NCBI GenBank assembly: GCA_963748625.1
Contig: CAVVJT010000004.1
Coordinates: 32,001 to 96,000, forward strand
DNA length: 64,000 bases
DNA from: an uncultured Chloroflexia bacterium
GTDB lineage: Bacteria; Chloroflexota; Limnocylindria; Limnocylindrales; CSP1-4
Reading direction: 5' to 3'
The notes under the pieces were generated by a model. That model saw only the letters and a list, made by a program, of their open reading frames with translations. It had not been told where the DNA came from and did not search any database. This document shows, one piece after another, positions 1 through 9,156 of the stretch; position 1 is the stretch's first letter, and each line of letters starts with the position of its first letter. The position numbers and the translations under genes are program-made.

Positions 1-220
1 GATCGAGGATCTCCCGGAAGCCCCCGAGGCACCGCTGCCCCACGTCCGTCAGGACGACCGAGTGCGTGGTCCGGTCGAGGAGCTGGGTGCCGAGCTCCTG
101 CTCGAGGTCCTGGACGTGCTTGGTCAGCGTCGGCTGCGAGACGTACAGACGGTTCGCGGCGACCGTGTAGTTCAGCGTCTCGGCGAGCATCACGAACTCG
201 GCCATGTGCTCGAGCTTCAC
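1..220 (-). CDS. LysR-family transcriptional regulator, N-terminal part (runs off window)
   Basis: Manual translation MKLEHMAEFVMLAETLNYTVAANRLYVSQPTLTKHVQDLEQELGTQLLDRTTHSVVLT is a LysR HTH; GTG start with GGAGGAGG upstream; not in ORF track. Confidence 0.9.
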   Translation of the reverse strand, partial: MKLEHMAEFVMLAETLNYTVAANRLYVSQPTLTKHVQDLEQELGTQLLDRTTHSVVLTDVGQRCLGGFREILD

Positions 221-440
221 GCCTCTGCCACGCCTCCTCCTCCAGCCTCCGCGCCCGACGCACATGACTCTACCGATGATCGTGCGCCGCGGCATGACTT
301 CATCGGAGATCTTCATTTCCCCTTCCGGAAGCGGCCTCGTAGGCTCGGCGCAGCGACCTGGAGTGGGCGCGCCGTGCGCGGCACGGGCCGACCCGACGCG
401 ATCACGGAGACTCCGGGCGACACGTTGAAAGGGCTCGTCG

Positions 441-1821
441 ATGTCGGAGCGATACCTCAAGCAGACGCCGTATGTGCCGTACGACAAGGACGTCTTCACC
501 TGGGTCATGAGCGAGGGCGGCCCGATCGCCACGTTCAGCGGTGGCGGCTTCCACCCCTACGAGTACACCGGGTGGCAGGACGAGTGCCTGTCCTGGCACG
601 AGAGCTGCTTCATCCACGCCGGCCTCAACCCGACGACGACGGCCATCGTCAAGGGCCCCGACGCGCTCAAGATGTTCTCGGACCTGTGCGTGAACAGCTT
701 CGCCAAGTTCGAGATCGGCCGCTCCAAGCACGCCATCATGTGCGACGAGTTCGGCAAGGTCGTCATCCACGGCGCCCTCCAGAGGCTGGCCGAGGACACC
801 TTCCGCACCTACTGGCTGTGGCCCTGGGTCGAGTTCGCGGCGCAGCGCGGCAACTACGACGTCGAGGTCGAGAACCTCACCGGCAAGGTCTTCCTCTACC
901 AGCTCGGTGGCCCCCGCTCGCTCGAGGTGGTCGAAGCCGCGGCCGGCGTCGACCTGCACGACCTCAAGTTCCTCGCCTTCACCGACACCGAGATCGACGG
1001 TCACAAGGTGACCGTCTTCCGAAATCGGCATGTGCGGCACGCTCGCCTACGAGGTGCACGGCGCGATCGAGGACGCCATCCCGGTCTACGAGGCACTGCT
1101 CAAAGCCGGCGAGGCGTTCGGGATCCGCAGGATGGGCCGTAACGCCTACCGCGTGGTCCACACGGAGGGCGGCTTCCCGCAGATCTACTACCACTGGCCG
1201 TTCTCCATCTGGCCGGGCCTGATGGAGTTCGTGGGAGCGCAGGAGGACATCTACGGTCTGGCGCCGTTCTTCTTCACCGGCAGCTCGGACCCGGACTACC
1301 TGGCACACCTGCGGAGCCCGATCGAGCTCGGCTGGTCGCACATGGTCAAGTTCGACCACGAGTTCACGGGCCGCGCCGCGCTTCAGGCCGAGATGGCCGC
1401 CCCGAGGCGGGCCATGGTGACGCTCGAGTGGAATCCTGACGACATCCTGGGCATCTACCAGTCCCAGTTCAACCGCGAGACCGCGGCCACGCCGATGGGC
1501 TGGTCGGACGACTTCGACTTCTACCACGGCAACGGGAACGTCCACGTCGACAAGGTCGTGGACAGCGACGGCAACACCATCGGCCTGAGCTCGGGCCGCA
1601 TGTTCAGCCCGTTCTACCGCCAGATGATCTCGCTCTGCTCGATCGACGTGGCCTACGCGAAGCTCGGCACCGAGGTCACACTCGTGTGGGGCGAGCGCGG
1701 CACGCCCCAGCGGAACATCCGTGCCACCGTCGCCCGGTTCCCCTACGTCGACGAGGGCCGCAATGAGAAGGTCGACACCAACACGATCCCGAGGCTCGCG
1801 GTCGCGCAACCCGTCGGCTAA
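441..1821 (+). CDS. GcvT-family THF-dependent aminomethyltransferase/O-demethylase (LigM/DesA-like); +1 frameshift near 1022
   Basis: ORFs 441..1142 and 1030..1821 join as VFR-IGMCGTLAYEVHG if one A of the AAA run is removed; motifs PYEYTGWQDE, YQLGGPRS, KFDHEFTGRAAL, GTEVTLVWGE. Confidence 0.8.
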
Positions 1822-1863
1822 CCGCCAACACGATCCAGCAGCGCGGTCCAAGTTGACATATCA

Positions 1864-1892
1864 GCAGGGCCTGCCCACCGGGCAGGCCCTGC
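1864..1892 (+). terminator. Probable intrinsic terminator
   Basis: Perfect 13-bp stem GCAGGGCCTGCCC/GGGCAGGCCCTGC followed by GATTCGTTTC, between convergent CDS and tRNA. Confidence 0.65.
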
Positions 1893-1995
1893 GATTCGTT
1901 TCGCTCTCTTGAGGCCCCAAACCCTGAGACGCGACGGAGCCGCGGGCCTTGACAGGGCGACAACGTCGCACATGCTCATGGGTTGGGCTGGAACT

Positions 1996-2071
1996 TGGCG
2001 CCCCCGGACGGATTCGAACCGCCGACGCCAGCCTTAGGACGGCTGCGCTCTATCCACTGAGCTACGGGGGC
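1996..2071 (-). tRNA. tRNA-Arg(CCT)
   Basis: 76-nt cloverleaf: acceptor GCCCCCG/CGGGGGC, D-loop with A20, anticodon arm CAGCC-GTCCTAA-GGCTG, TTCGAAT T-loop, encoded CCA. Confidence 0.95.
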
Positions 2072-2172
2072 GCGCGCAGGGATCGTACCGGACTGCGCGA
2101 GCACCAGCATCCGCGGGCGCGCTTCCACTCCGATCTTCCGTCGCCGCCACCGATGCAGGCGTGCGACAGAGT

Positions 2173-2298
2173 CAACGAAACCCCGCAAGGAGGCGCCGTA
2201 CGCGTGCAAATGGGCGCGGACGCTGCGCGACAGGCAACGAATCGCCCCAAACGGCCGAGTATCAGGGCGAAACACGCCCCCATTGCGGGGTTTCGTTG
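2173..2298. repeat. 126-bp REP/MITE-like element with 16-bp terminal inverted repeats
   Basis: CAACGAAACCCCGCAA (2173) ... TTGCGGGGTTTCGTTG (2298); degenerate internal copies near 2210 and 2235. Confidence 0.65.
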
Positions 2299-2373
2299 CG
2301 AAGCAGGCAATTCCCGCTCGGCGGGCACCTCGCCGGGACGGGTAGGCGATCAGCCCTGCCAGTCCGTCGGCCC

Positions 2374-2763
2374 CTACTCGCGGTTGCGCATCGCGTCGGC
2401 CGCCATCGCCATGTACTCGTGGAGACGAGTGGCGATCTCGGGCGCCGCCCCGGAGGCATCAATGGCCGCACGCATGTGGAGCAGCCACCGGTCCCGCTCG
2501 AGCTCGCCGATCGAGAACGGGAGGTGGCGCGCCCGCAGCCGCGGGTGGCCGCGCTCCGCGAGATAGGTGGTGGGGCCGCCCCAGTACTGGACGAGGAACA
2601 GCGTGAGGCGCCTGCGGGCCCCCGCGAGGTCCTCCTCCGGATACAGCGGGCGGAGCACGTCATCGGTGGCTACGCCCTCGTAGAACCGGTCCACGAGGCA
2701 CTCGAAGAAGGGCATGCCGCCGGCCTGCTCGTACAACGTTGCGGTGGTGGGCTCGGGAGACAT
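2374..2763 (-). CDS. Group II truncated hemoglobin (GlbO-like)
   Basis: TLYEQAGG, FYEGVATDDVLRPLYP, FLVQYWGGP, GHPRLRARH motifs; start set at ATG 2763. Confidence 0.9.
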   Translation of the reverse strand: MSPEPTTATLYEQAGGMPFFECLVDRFYEGVATDDVLRPLYPEEDLAGARRRLTLFLVQYWGGPTTYLAERGHPRLRARHLPFSIGELERDRWLLHMRAAIDASGAAPEIATRLHEYMAMAADAMRNRE

Positions 2764-2831
2764 CGCAACGATTCTAGGCAGACCCCATCCCGCACGAAGG
2801 CCGATCCCGCAAGCTTGCCTACAATGCCCCC

Positions 2832-3125
2832 GTGACCACTCCCCTCCCCGACGTCCCCGAACTCGTGTTCTACAGCCGGCCGGGCTGCCACCTGTGCGAG
2901 CAGGCCCACGAGGCGCTCGACGCCGCGCTCGCCCAGCGGGCGGCCGCCGGCCTTCCGAACCCGACGGTCGTGACACGCGACATCGACCAGGATGACGAGC
3001 TCCACAAGCGCTACATGGTGACGATCCCGGTGATCGCGTTTGGCGGCCAGGAGCTCGAGATGGTCACCAGCCCCGCCAGGATCCGCCGCCTCCTCGCCGA
3101 GACGCTCGACGGAATCACCGCATGA
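2832..3125 (+). CDS. Glutaredoxin-like protein (DUF836 type)
   Basis: YSRPGCHLCE CxxC motif, TIPVI cis-Pro loop. Confidence 0.85.
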   Translation: MTTPLPDVPELVFYSRPGCHLCEQAHEALDAALAQRAAAGLPNPTVVTRDIDQDDELHKRYMVTIPVIAFGGQELEMVTSPARIRRLLAETLDGITA

Positions 3126-3937
3126 CCGCCGGCACAGACCCGACCCTGCTGCTCGCGATCGTCGCGGGCCTGCTCTCGTTCGTCTCGCCCTGCGTCCTGC
3201 CGCTGGTGCCCGCGTACCTCGGCCAGCTCACCGCGGTGTCCGTCGCAGCCTCCGGGCCGGGCATCCAGCCCAGCCGCTGGCGCGCCGTGCGCCACGCCTG
3301 CGTCTACGTGCTGGGCTTCGGCTCCATCTTCACCTTGCTCGGCCTGACGGCCACGTTCGCCGGCGGGTTCCTGGTGGACTACATGCGCCCGCTGCGCATC
3401 ATCGGCGGCGCGATCCTCGTGATCATGGGCCTCAGCCTCGCGGGACTCCTCAAGATCCCGGTCCTGGAGCGCGCCTGGCGGCCGCTCGATGCCGGCGCCG
3501 CCGCGGGGGTGTCCGAGATGACCGGCAGCATGAGCCTCGCCCCGGCGGGTGGAGCCGGCGTCGGCGGCAAGGTCGGCAACAGGCTCGTGGGCAACCGGGC
3601 GGGCTACACCGCCTCGTTCATGCTCGGGGCGGTCTTCGCCGTGGGCTGGACGCCGTGCATCGGGCCGATGCTCGGCGGCATCCTCATGCTCGCCTCGTCG
3701 TCCACCACGCAGCTCCAGGGCGCGCTGCTCCTGGTTGCCTACACGCTGGGCCTGGGGATCCCGTTCATCATCATCGCGGCCTTCTACGACCGCTCCCGGC
3801 GGTTCATGCGGTTCCTCGTCAAGCACGGCAGGGTCATGGCGCTCGTCGGCGGCCTTCTGGTCGCGGCGATCGGGCTCGCGATGATGTTCGACATGCTCTC
3901 GCTGCTGCCGCGGTACTTCAACTTCGGGGCGCTGTGA
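3122..3937 (+). CDS. ccdA: Cytochrome c biogenesis/disulfide transporter CcdA
   Basis: SFVSPCVLPLVPAY and GWTPCIGP motifs, about 6 TM helices. Confidence 0.9.
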   Translation: MTAGTDPTLLLAIVAGLLSFVSPCVLPLVPAYLGQLTAVSVAASGPGIQPSRWRAVRHACVYVLGFGSIFTLLGLTATFAGGFLVDYMRPLRIIGGAILVIMGLSLAGLLKIPVLERAWRPLDAGAAAGVSEMTGSMSLAPAGGAGVGGKVGNRLVGNRAGYTASFMLGAVFAVGWTPCIGPMLGGILMLASSSTTQLQGALLLVAYTLGLGIPFIIIAAFYDRSRRFMRFLVKHGRVMALVGGLLVAAIGLAMMFDMLSLLPRYFNFGAL

Positions 3938-4632
3938 CGCAGGACGACGAGACGCCCCCCGCCCGCGGGGCACCAGGACGACGTGGTCTCATCGGTCCGT
4001 TCACCGCGCGCCAGCTGGGCATCGCCGCCGCCGTCGTGATCGTCGCCGCGGTCGGCCTCTTCGTCCTGACCCGCCCCATCGCGAGCGTGCCCGGCGCGGG
4101 CAGCCTGCCCACCCCGCTGCCCCAGGCGACCCCGTATCTCGTCGGCGAGGCGAAGGAGGGGCTCAAGGTCGGCGACCTCGCGCCAGAGCTCAGCTGGCAG
4201 GCCGACGACGGCTCCACCGCCACGCTGACCGATCTCGACGGCAACGCCATCACCCTCGAGAGCCTGCGCGGCAAGCTCGTGTGGCTCAACTTCTGGGCCT
4301 CCTGGTGCCCGCCGTGCCAGGGCGAGACGCCGGTCCTGCGCGAGCTCGACGAGCGCTACCGGGACCAGGGCCTCGCGATCGTCGGCGTCGCAGTCCAGGA
4401 GACAGCTCCGGGTGTCGTCCGCGGGTACGTGGAGAAGTACGGACTCGAGTTCCCCATCGGCTTCGACGCCACCGCCGACGTCTTCGATCGCTACCGCGTG
4501 TTCGCCCTGCCCACGCAGTACTTCATCGGGCCGGACGGGCGGATTCTGGGCGTGGTGAACGGCCCGCTCGATACCGATCAAGGCGCACGCCTGGTGGAAG
4601 GCTGGCTGCCGGCCGACGCCACCGGCGGCTGA
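3934..4632 (+). CDS. Membrane-anchored TlpA/ResA-type thiol-disulfide oxidoreductase
   Basis: N-terminal TM, NFWASWCPPC, ALPTQYFI; GTG start overlaps ccdA stop (GTGA). Confidence 0.88.
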   Translation: MTQDDETPPARGAPGRRGLIGPFTARQLGIAAAVVIVAAVGLFVLTRPIASVPGAGSLPTPLPQATPYLVGEAKEGLKVGDLAPELSWQADDGSTATLTDLDGNAITLESLRGKLVWLNFWASWCPPCQGETPVLRELDERYRDQGLAIVGVAVQETAPGVVRGYVEKYGLEFPIGFDATADVFDRYRVFALPTQYFIGPDGRILGVVNGPLDTDQGARLVEGWLPADATGG

Positions 4633-4681
4633 CGGGTCCGCTACGCTCCGGGCACGCGCAGCCACCACGCCACGGAGTCCC

Positions 4682-5461
4682 ATGTTCGCGTCGCAGCTCC
4701 TCGATCCGGTCCCCGTCCTGGGTGTCTTCCTCGGCTTTGCGATCCTCGCCCTGATCGTGTTCGAGATCGGGTTCCGCTTCGGCAGGTGGTGGCAGCACCG
4801 CACGCCCGACCACAAGGAGGGCCCGACCGGCATGCTGGTGGGCTCCCTGCTCGCGCTGTTGGGCTTCCTGCTGGCGGTCACGATGGGGATGGCGGCCGAC
4901 CGGTTCGACACCCGCCGGGCGCTCGTGCTCACCGAGGCCAACGCGATCGGCACCACCTACCTGCGCGCCGGCTACCTGCCGGAGCCCTATGCGACCGACG
5001 CGAGGCGCCTGTTGCGCGTCTACGTCCCGCTGCGCGTCAACAACGCCGACGCCGCGACGTTCCGGGCCAACCAGGTCGCGTCCGGCAAGGTCCTCGAGCT
5101 GCTCTGGACCGATGTCGAGGCGATGGCGCCCACAGAGGGCGACTCCGAGATCTTCGCGCTCTACGTGGAGACGCTCAACGAGACGATCGACCTCCAGAAT
5201 GCCCGCGGCGTGGCCGTGCTGTACGCCCGCGTGCCTGAGACGGTCCTCCTGATGCTGCTGCTGGGCGAGATCCTCACGATGGGCGTGGTGGGCTACAGCG
5301 CAGGCCTGTCAGGCAGCCGGGGCATCCTCACCGCCGTGGTGCTGGTGATGGTCCTGGGGGCCGTCCTGACGCTGGTGGTGGACCTCGACCGGCCGCGCGA
5401 CGGGCTCCTCACGGTGAACCAGCAGCCGATGATCGACCTCGCGGAGCAGATCGACTCCTGA
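4682..5461 (+). CDS. Bestrophin-like membrane protein (DUF4239 type)
   Basis: 4 TM segments, EANAIGTTYLRA and DLDRPRDG motifs. Confidence 0.7.
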   Translation: MFASQLLDPVPVLGVFLGFAILALIVFEIGFRFGRWWQHRTPDHKEGPTGMLVGSLLALLGFLLAVTMGMAADRFDTRRALVLTEANAIGTTYLRAGYLPEPYATDARRLLRVYVPLRVNNADAATFRANQVASGKVLELLWTDVEAMAPTEGDSEIFALYVETLNETIDLQNARGVAVLYARVPETVLLMLLLGEILTMGVVGYSAGLSGSRGILTAVVLVMVLGAVLTLVVDLDRPRDGLLTVNQQPMIDLAEQIDS

Positions 5462-5498
5462 AGCCGTGCGGCGCCAGCGTGCGCGGCGCGAGCGGGAG

Positions 5499-6365
5499 CT
5501 ACAGGCCGTCGAACCTGAACCGGTCCCTGTCCGGGATCAGCTTGCCCACCGGCATCCGCGCCTCGTGGCTCAGCACGACCGTCCAGTCGTCCTCGACGGC
5601 GCGCCGGAACAGCTCGCCCTTGACCTGGACCGAGTCCAGCGGGAAGTCGTCGAAGGCCGTGACCCAGCGCGGATTGGCCGACCAGGGCCGCATCGCCAGA
5701 TCGCCGAAGAACGCGACGGACCTGGCCCCCGGGCCCGTGCCGCGGATGACCACCGCCTGGTGGCCCGCTGAGTGGCCGCCGGTCCGCACCACGCTCACGC
5801 CCGGCAGCAGCTCGCGGTCACCCTCGACCCAGCCCTCCGCACCCCAGTCCGCGACGAGGCGCAGCTCGGGCTGGTCGTAGGACGCCAGCACCCGGGAGTT
5901 CCCGCCCAGCGCGATCTCCCACTCGGCGCGCTGGGCCACGATCGTCGCCCGCGGGAACGCCTTCGTCCCATCCGCGAGCAGCAGCCCGCCCGCGTGGTCG
6001 AAGTGCAGGTGGCTCATCGCCACGACGTCCACCGACGCCGGGTCGAAACCCGCCTGGCGGAGCGCAGGCACGACGGGTGCGCCCGTGTAGCCGCGCATCG
6101 CGGTGTGCTTGGCGTCCATGCGCTCGCCGATGCCGGTCTCGATCAGCACCCGGCCGGCCGGCGTCTCCACGAGCAGACAGTTGAGCGCCTGGGTCAGGCG
6201 CCGGTCCTCGTCGAGCTCCGCCTCGGCCCACGGCCGCCAGAGGATCCAGGGCACCGGGCCCAGCAGGGTGCCGGCGTCGGACTTGAAGGTCCCGGCCTGG
6301 ATGAGCGCGACAGTTGTCCCGCCACCGAGGTCCGCACGCCAGTGGACGGCGTCGTTGATCCCCAT
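5499..6365 (-). CDS. Metallo-beta-lactamase-fold hydrolase (YtnP-like)
   Basis: HLHFDHAGG, GGHSAGHQ, FGDL and SHE metal-ligand motifs. Confidence 0.85.
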   Translation of the reverse strand: MGINDAVHWRADLGGGTTVALIQAGTFKSDAGTLLGPVPWILWRPWAEAELDEDRRLTQALNCLLVETPAGRVLIETGIGERMDAKHTAMRGYTGAPVVPALRQAGFDPASVDVVAMSHLHFDHAGGLLLADGTKAFPRATIVAQRAEWEIALGGNSRVLASYDQPELRLVADWGAEGWVEGDRELLPGVSVVRTGGHSAGHQAVVIRGTGPGARSVAFFGDLAMRPWSANPRWVTAFDDFPLDSVQVKGELFRRAVEDDWTVVLSHEARMPVGKLIPDRDRFRFDGL

Positions 6366-6375
6366 CCGCCGGTCC

Positions 6376-6969
6376 TCAGCTCTTCCCGGGCAGCTTCCGG
6401 CCGCGTTCGAAGTCCGCGTGGAAGGCGGACGCCGTGGGCTCCGACTGGCCCTGGTACTTGGAGCCGAGCTCCTTGGAGCCGTACGGGCGCTCCACGGGCG
6501 AGCTCATCCGGAAGAAGCTGATCTGGCCGATGCGCATCCCGAAGTAGAGCGCGATCGGCAGGTTGGCCACGTTGGACAGCTCGAGGGTGAGCGTGCCCTT
6601 CCAGCCCGGGTCCACGTAGCCCGCGGTGGAGTGGATGAGCAGCCCGAGCCGGCCCAGCGAGGACTTGCCCTCCAGGCGTGCGACCAGGTCGTCCGGCAGC
6701 TCCACCCATTCGAGCGTCTGGCCCAGCACGAACTCGCCCGGGTGCAGGATGAAGGGCTCGTCGTCCCCCACCGTCAGCATCTCCGTGAGGTCCGGCTGCG
6801 GCATGCGCGGGTCGATGAACGCGTAGCGGTTGTTGCGGAAGACGCGGAAGCTGCGGTCCAGGTGCAGGTCCACCGACGACGGCTGCAGGTCAGCCGGGTC
6901 GTACGGATCGATCCGGACCCGCCCGGACTCCAGCTCCGTGCGGATGTCGCGATCAGCCAGGACGCTCAT
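6376..6969 (-). CDS. dcd: dCTP deaminase
   Basis: [41 protein letters not shown] motifs. Confidence 0.95.
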   Translation of the reverse strand: MSVLADRDIRTELESGRVRIDPYDPADLQPSSVDLHLDRSFRVFRNNRYAFIDPRMPQPDLTEMLTVGDDEPFILHPGEFVLGQTLEWVELPDDLVARLEGKSSLGRLGLLIHSTAGYVDPGWKGTLTLELSNVANLPIALYFGMRIGQISFFRMSSPVERPYGSKELGSKYQGQSEPTASAFHADFERGRKLPGKS

Positions 6970-7449
6970 CTACCCTCGCTTCCCTTTCTTCGGCGTGCCC
7001 TCGGCCAGCAGCGCGTCCACCTCGCGCTTGAGATCCTCGAGGTCCTCGAAGCTCTGGTAGACCGATGCGAACCGGATATAGGCGATGTGGTCCAAGGCAC
7101 GCAAGCGGTCCATCGCGAGCGCCCCGACGCGGGAGCTGGGGATCTCCGACTGGCCTGAGCCGCGCAGCTCCGTCTCGATGGAGTCCGCCGCACGCTCGGC
7201 CGCATCGTCCGGGACCGGGCGACGGGTCAGTGCCTTCGCCAGCCCCGATGCGAGCTTCTCCCGATCGAACTCCTGGCGGGTGCCATCGCGCTTGACCACG
7301 ACCAGGCGCGCCGCCTCCACGCGCTCGTAGGTGGTGAAGCGGGCGGTGCAGGCCGGGCACTCCCGGCGCCGACGGATCGTGGTGGACTCGTCGAGGTCAC
7401 GCGAGTCCACGACGCGCGTGTCCCGGGTTGCGCACTGGGGGCAGCGCAT
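6970..7449 (-). CDS. nrdR: Transcriptional repressor NrdR
   Basis: MRCPQC..RRRRECPAC..RFTTYE zinc ribbon plus ATP-cone, AYIRFASVY. Confidence 0.97.
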   Translation of the reverse strand: MRCPQCATRDTRVVDSRDLDESTTIRRRRECPACTARFTTYERVEAARLVVVKRDGTRQEFDREKLASGLAKALTRRPVPDDAAERAADSIETELRGSGQSEIPSSRVGALAMDRLRALDHIAYIRFASVYQSFEDLEDLKREVDALLAEGTPKKGKRG

Positions 7450-7471
7450 TGGCCCTCGAATCCTCCTCGCA

Positions 7472-7518
7472 CCACTATCCCTTGTGGTGTGGGGTCAGGA
7501 TACCACTACATGCGGTGG
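7472..7518 (-). promoter_or_regulatory. Tandem NrdR boxes
   Basis: CCACTATCCCTTGTGG (7472-7487) and CCACTACATGCGGTGG (7503-7518): 16-bp imperfect palindromes 31 bp apart, directly upstream of nrdR. Confidence 0.8.
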
Positions 7519-7520
7519 TC

Positions 7521-8132
7521 TCAGGACCCGATCGGCAGGTCGTCCTCGACGCTCCCGTAGATGGGCAGGCTGGCGGTCGCGACCGCTCCGGCCACGGCGC
7601 CGGGATGGTCCATGTCGGCCGGCACGAGATTCCCGATCCTGACCGCGAGTCGCGAGGCCTCGTCGATCGCATTGCGCAGGTTCAGCGCGGCGCGCTTGAG
7701 CGACGTTGACGCCTCCGCCTGCCGCGTCGCGCGCTGGTCGAGCATGCCGGCGAGGCCCAGCTCTGCAAGTTCGGCGGACCGGAGCGCACGGGCCACCTCG
7801 CCTGCGAGCGCACCGGCGAGCGGCTCCAGGCCCCGGGGTGCGTGGAGACCGCCCCTGGCCTCCTCGGCGACGGCTCGCAGCGCCGGGAGCACCGTGCCAA
7901 GCCGCTCTTGCGTGACCGCCGGATCCGCACTCCGGCGACGCAGGTCCTCCAGGTCGCGGACAAGCGGGTCACCGGCAGCGGCAAGGGTGCGGGCCACGCG
8001 GGTGGCGGCCAGCTGGAACTGGGCAAGCTCGCGCGCGCGGCGCAACGTCCGCACAAGCTGGGCCACGGTGGCCACCGCCAGCAGTGCGAGCGCGGCCAGC
8101 AGGCCGACCAGCACCAGCGCTTCGAGCGTCAC
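7521..8132 (-). CDS. Hypothetical protein, N-terminal TM plus helical domain
   Basis: ORF with hydrophobic N-terminus; GTG start at 8132 downstream of etfA. Confidence 0.6.
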   Translation of the reverse strand: MTLEALVLVGLLAALALLAVATVAQLVRTLRRARELAQFQLAATRVARTLAAAGDPLVRDLEDLRRRSADPAVTQERLGTVLPALRAVAEEARGGLHAPRGLEPLAGALAGEVARALRSAELAELGLAGMLDQRATRQAEASTSLKRAALNLRNAIDEASRLAVRIGNLVPADMDHPGAVAGAVATASLPIYGSVEDDLPIGS

Positions 8133-8172
8133 TCCCTGTCCCCCGTCCCCTGCTACCTGCTCCCTGGATCGA

Positions 8173-9156
8173 TCAACCCTTCCGGGCACGCACCTCGGCT
8201 GCCAGTGCCGGCGCCACCTCGAAGAGGTCGCCGATCACGAACAAGTCCGCGATCTCGGTCATCGGGGCGTCCGGGTCCTTGTTCACGCAGATGATCGTCT
8301 CGGACCCCTGCATGCCCACACGATGCTGCATCGCGCCTGAGACGCCAAGTCCCACGTAGAGCGCAGGCTTGACGATGCGCCCCGTCTGGCCGACCTGGCG
8401 GGAGTACGGGATCCAGCCCGCATCCACCGCGGCCCTTGAGGCACCCACGACCCCGCCGAGCGCGTCCGCGAGGTCCTCGACCGTCGCGAAGCCCTCGACG
8501 CTCCCGACGCCCCGGCCGCCGACGACGACGACGCGGGCCTCCTCGAGCGACACCTGGCCGCCTGCCTCGGCGACGCGGTCCACCACCGTCACCGCGGCGA
8601 CAGCCGGGTCGGCGACGGGCTCGCGCGTCTCAACCGCGCCCGGGGCCTCGGCCTCGACGGCGGTCACGGCGCTGGACCGGACGGTGAGCGCGCCGTTTGC
8701 AACGGTCAACGTGCTCCGCACCACGGCCTTGCCGCCCAGGACCGCGGACGTCATCACCGGCGCGTCACCGCTCCAGGTGGCGGCGTCGGCGTTGGCGAGG
8801 TAGCCCCAGCCGGTGAAGGCCAGCAGGCCGCCGATCACGTCGCGGCCATCGGCGGTGGCTCCGGCGAGCACGTGGGTGACACCCTCGTCCACCAGCCGCC
8901 GGACCTCGGCGAGCACGTGCGGGGCGGGCACGCCGGACGCCACCCGGGGCTCCACAACGACAACGACGCGCGGCAGGTACGCCGCCAGCTCCTCGCCCAC
9001 AGCGGCGGCGGCGCCGGGATCGGCGTCCACAACCAGGCCCAGGGCCTGCCCGCCGGCCTCCCCGGCCAGGGAGCGCGCCAGCGTGGCGACTTCCGCGGAG
9101 AGCCGGGTGAGCTGGCCGTCAGCGACCTCCGCGACGGCGAGGATGACGGGGGGCAT
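8173..9156 (-). CDS. etfA: Electron transfer flavoprotein alpha subunit
   Basis: GGRGVG, GASRAAVDAGW, QVGQTG, GVSGAMQHRVGM, NKDPDAP motifs. Confidence 0.95.
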   Translation of the reverse strand: MPPVILAVAEVADGQLTRLSAEVATLARSLAGEAGGQALGLVVDADPGAAAAVGEELAAYLPRVVVVVEPRVASGVPAPHVLAEVRRLVDEGVTHVLAGATADGRDVIGGLLAFTGWGYLANADAATWSGDAPVMTSAVLGGKAVVRSTLTVANGALTVRSSAVTAVEAEAPGAVETREPVADPAVAAVTVVDRVAEAGGQVSLEEARVVVVGGRGVGSVEGFATVEDLADALGGVVGASRAAVDAGWIPYSRQVGQTGRIVKPALYVGLGVSGAMQHRVGMQGSETIICVNKDPDAPMTEIADLFVIGDLFEVAPALAAEVRARKG

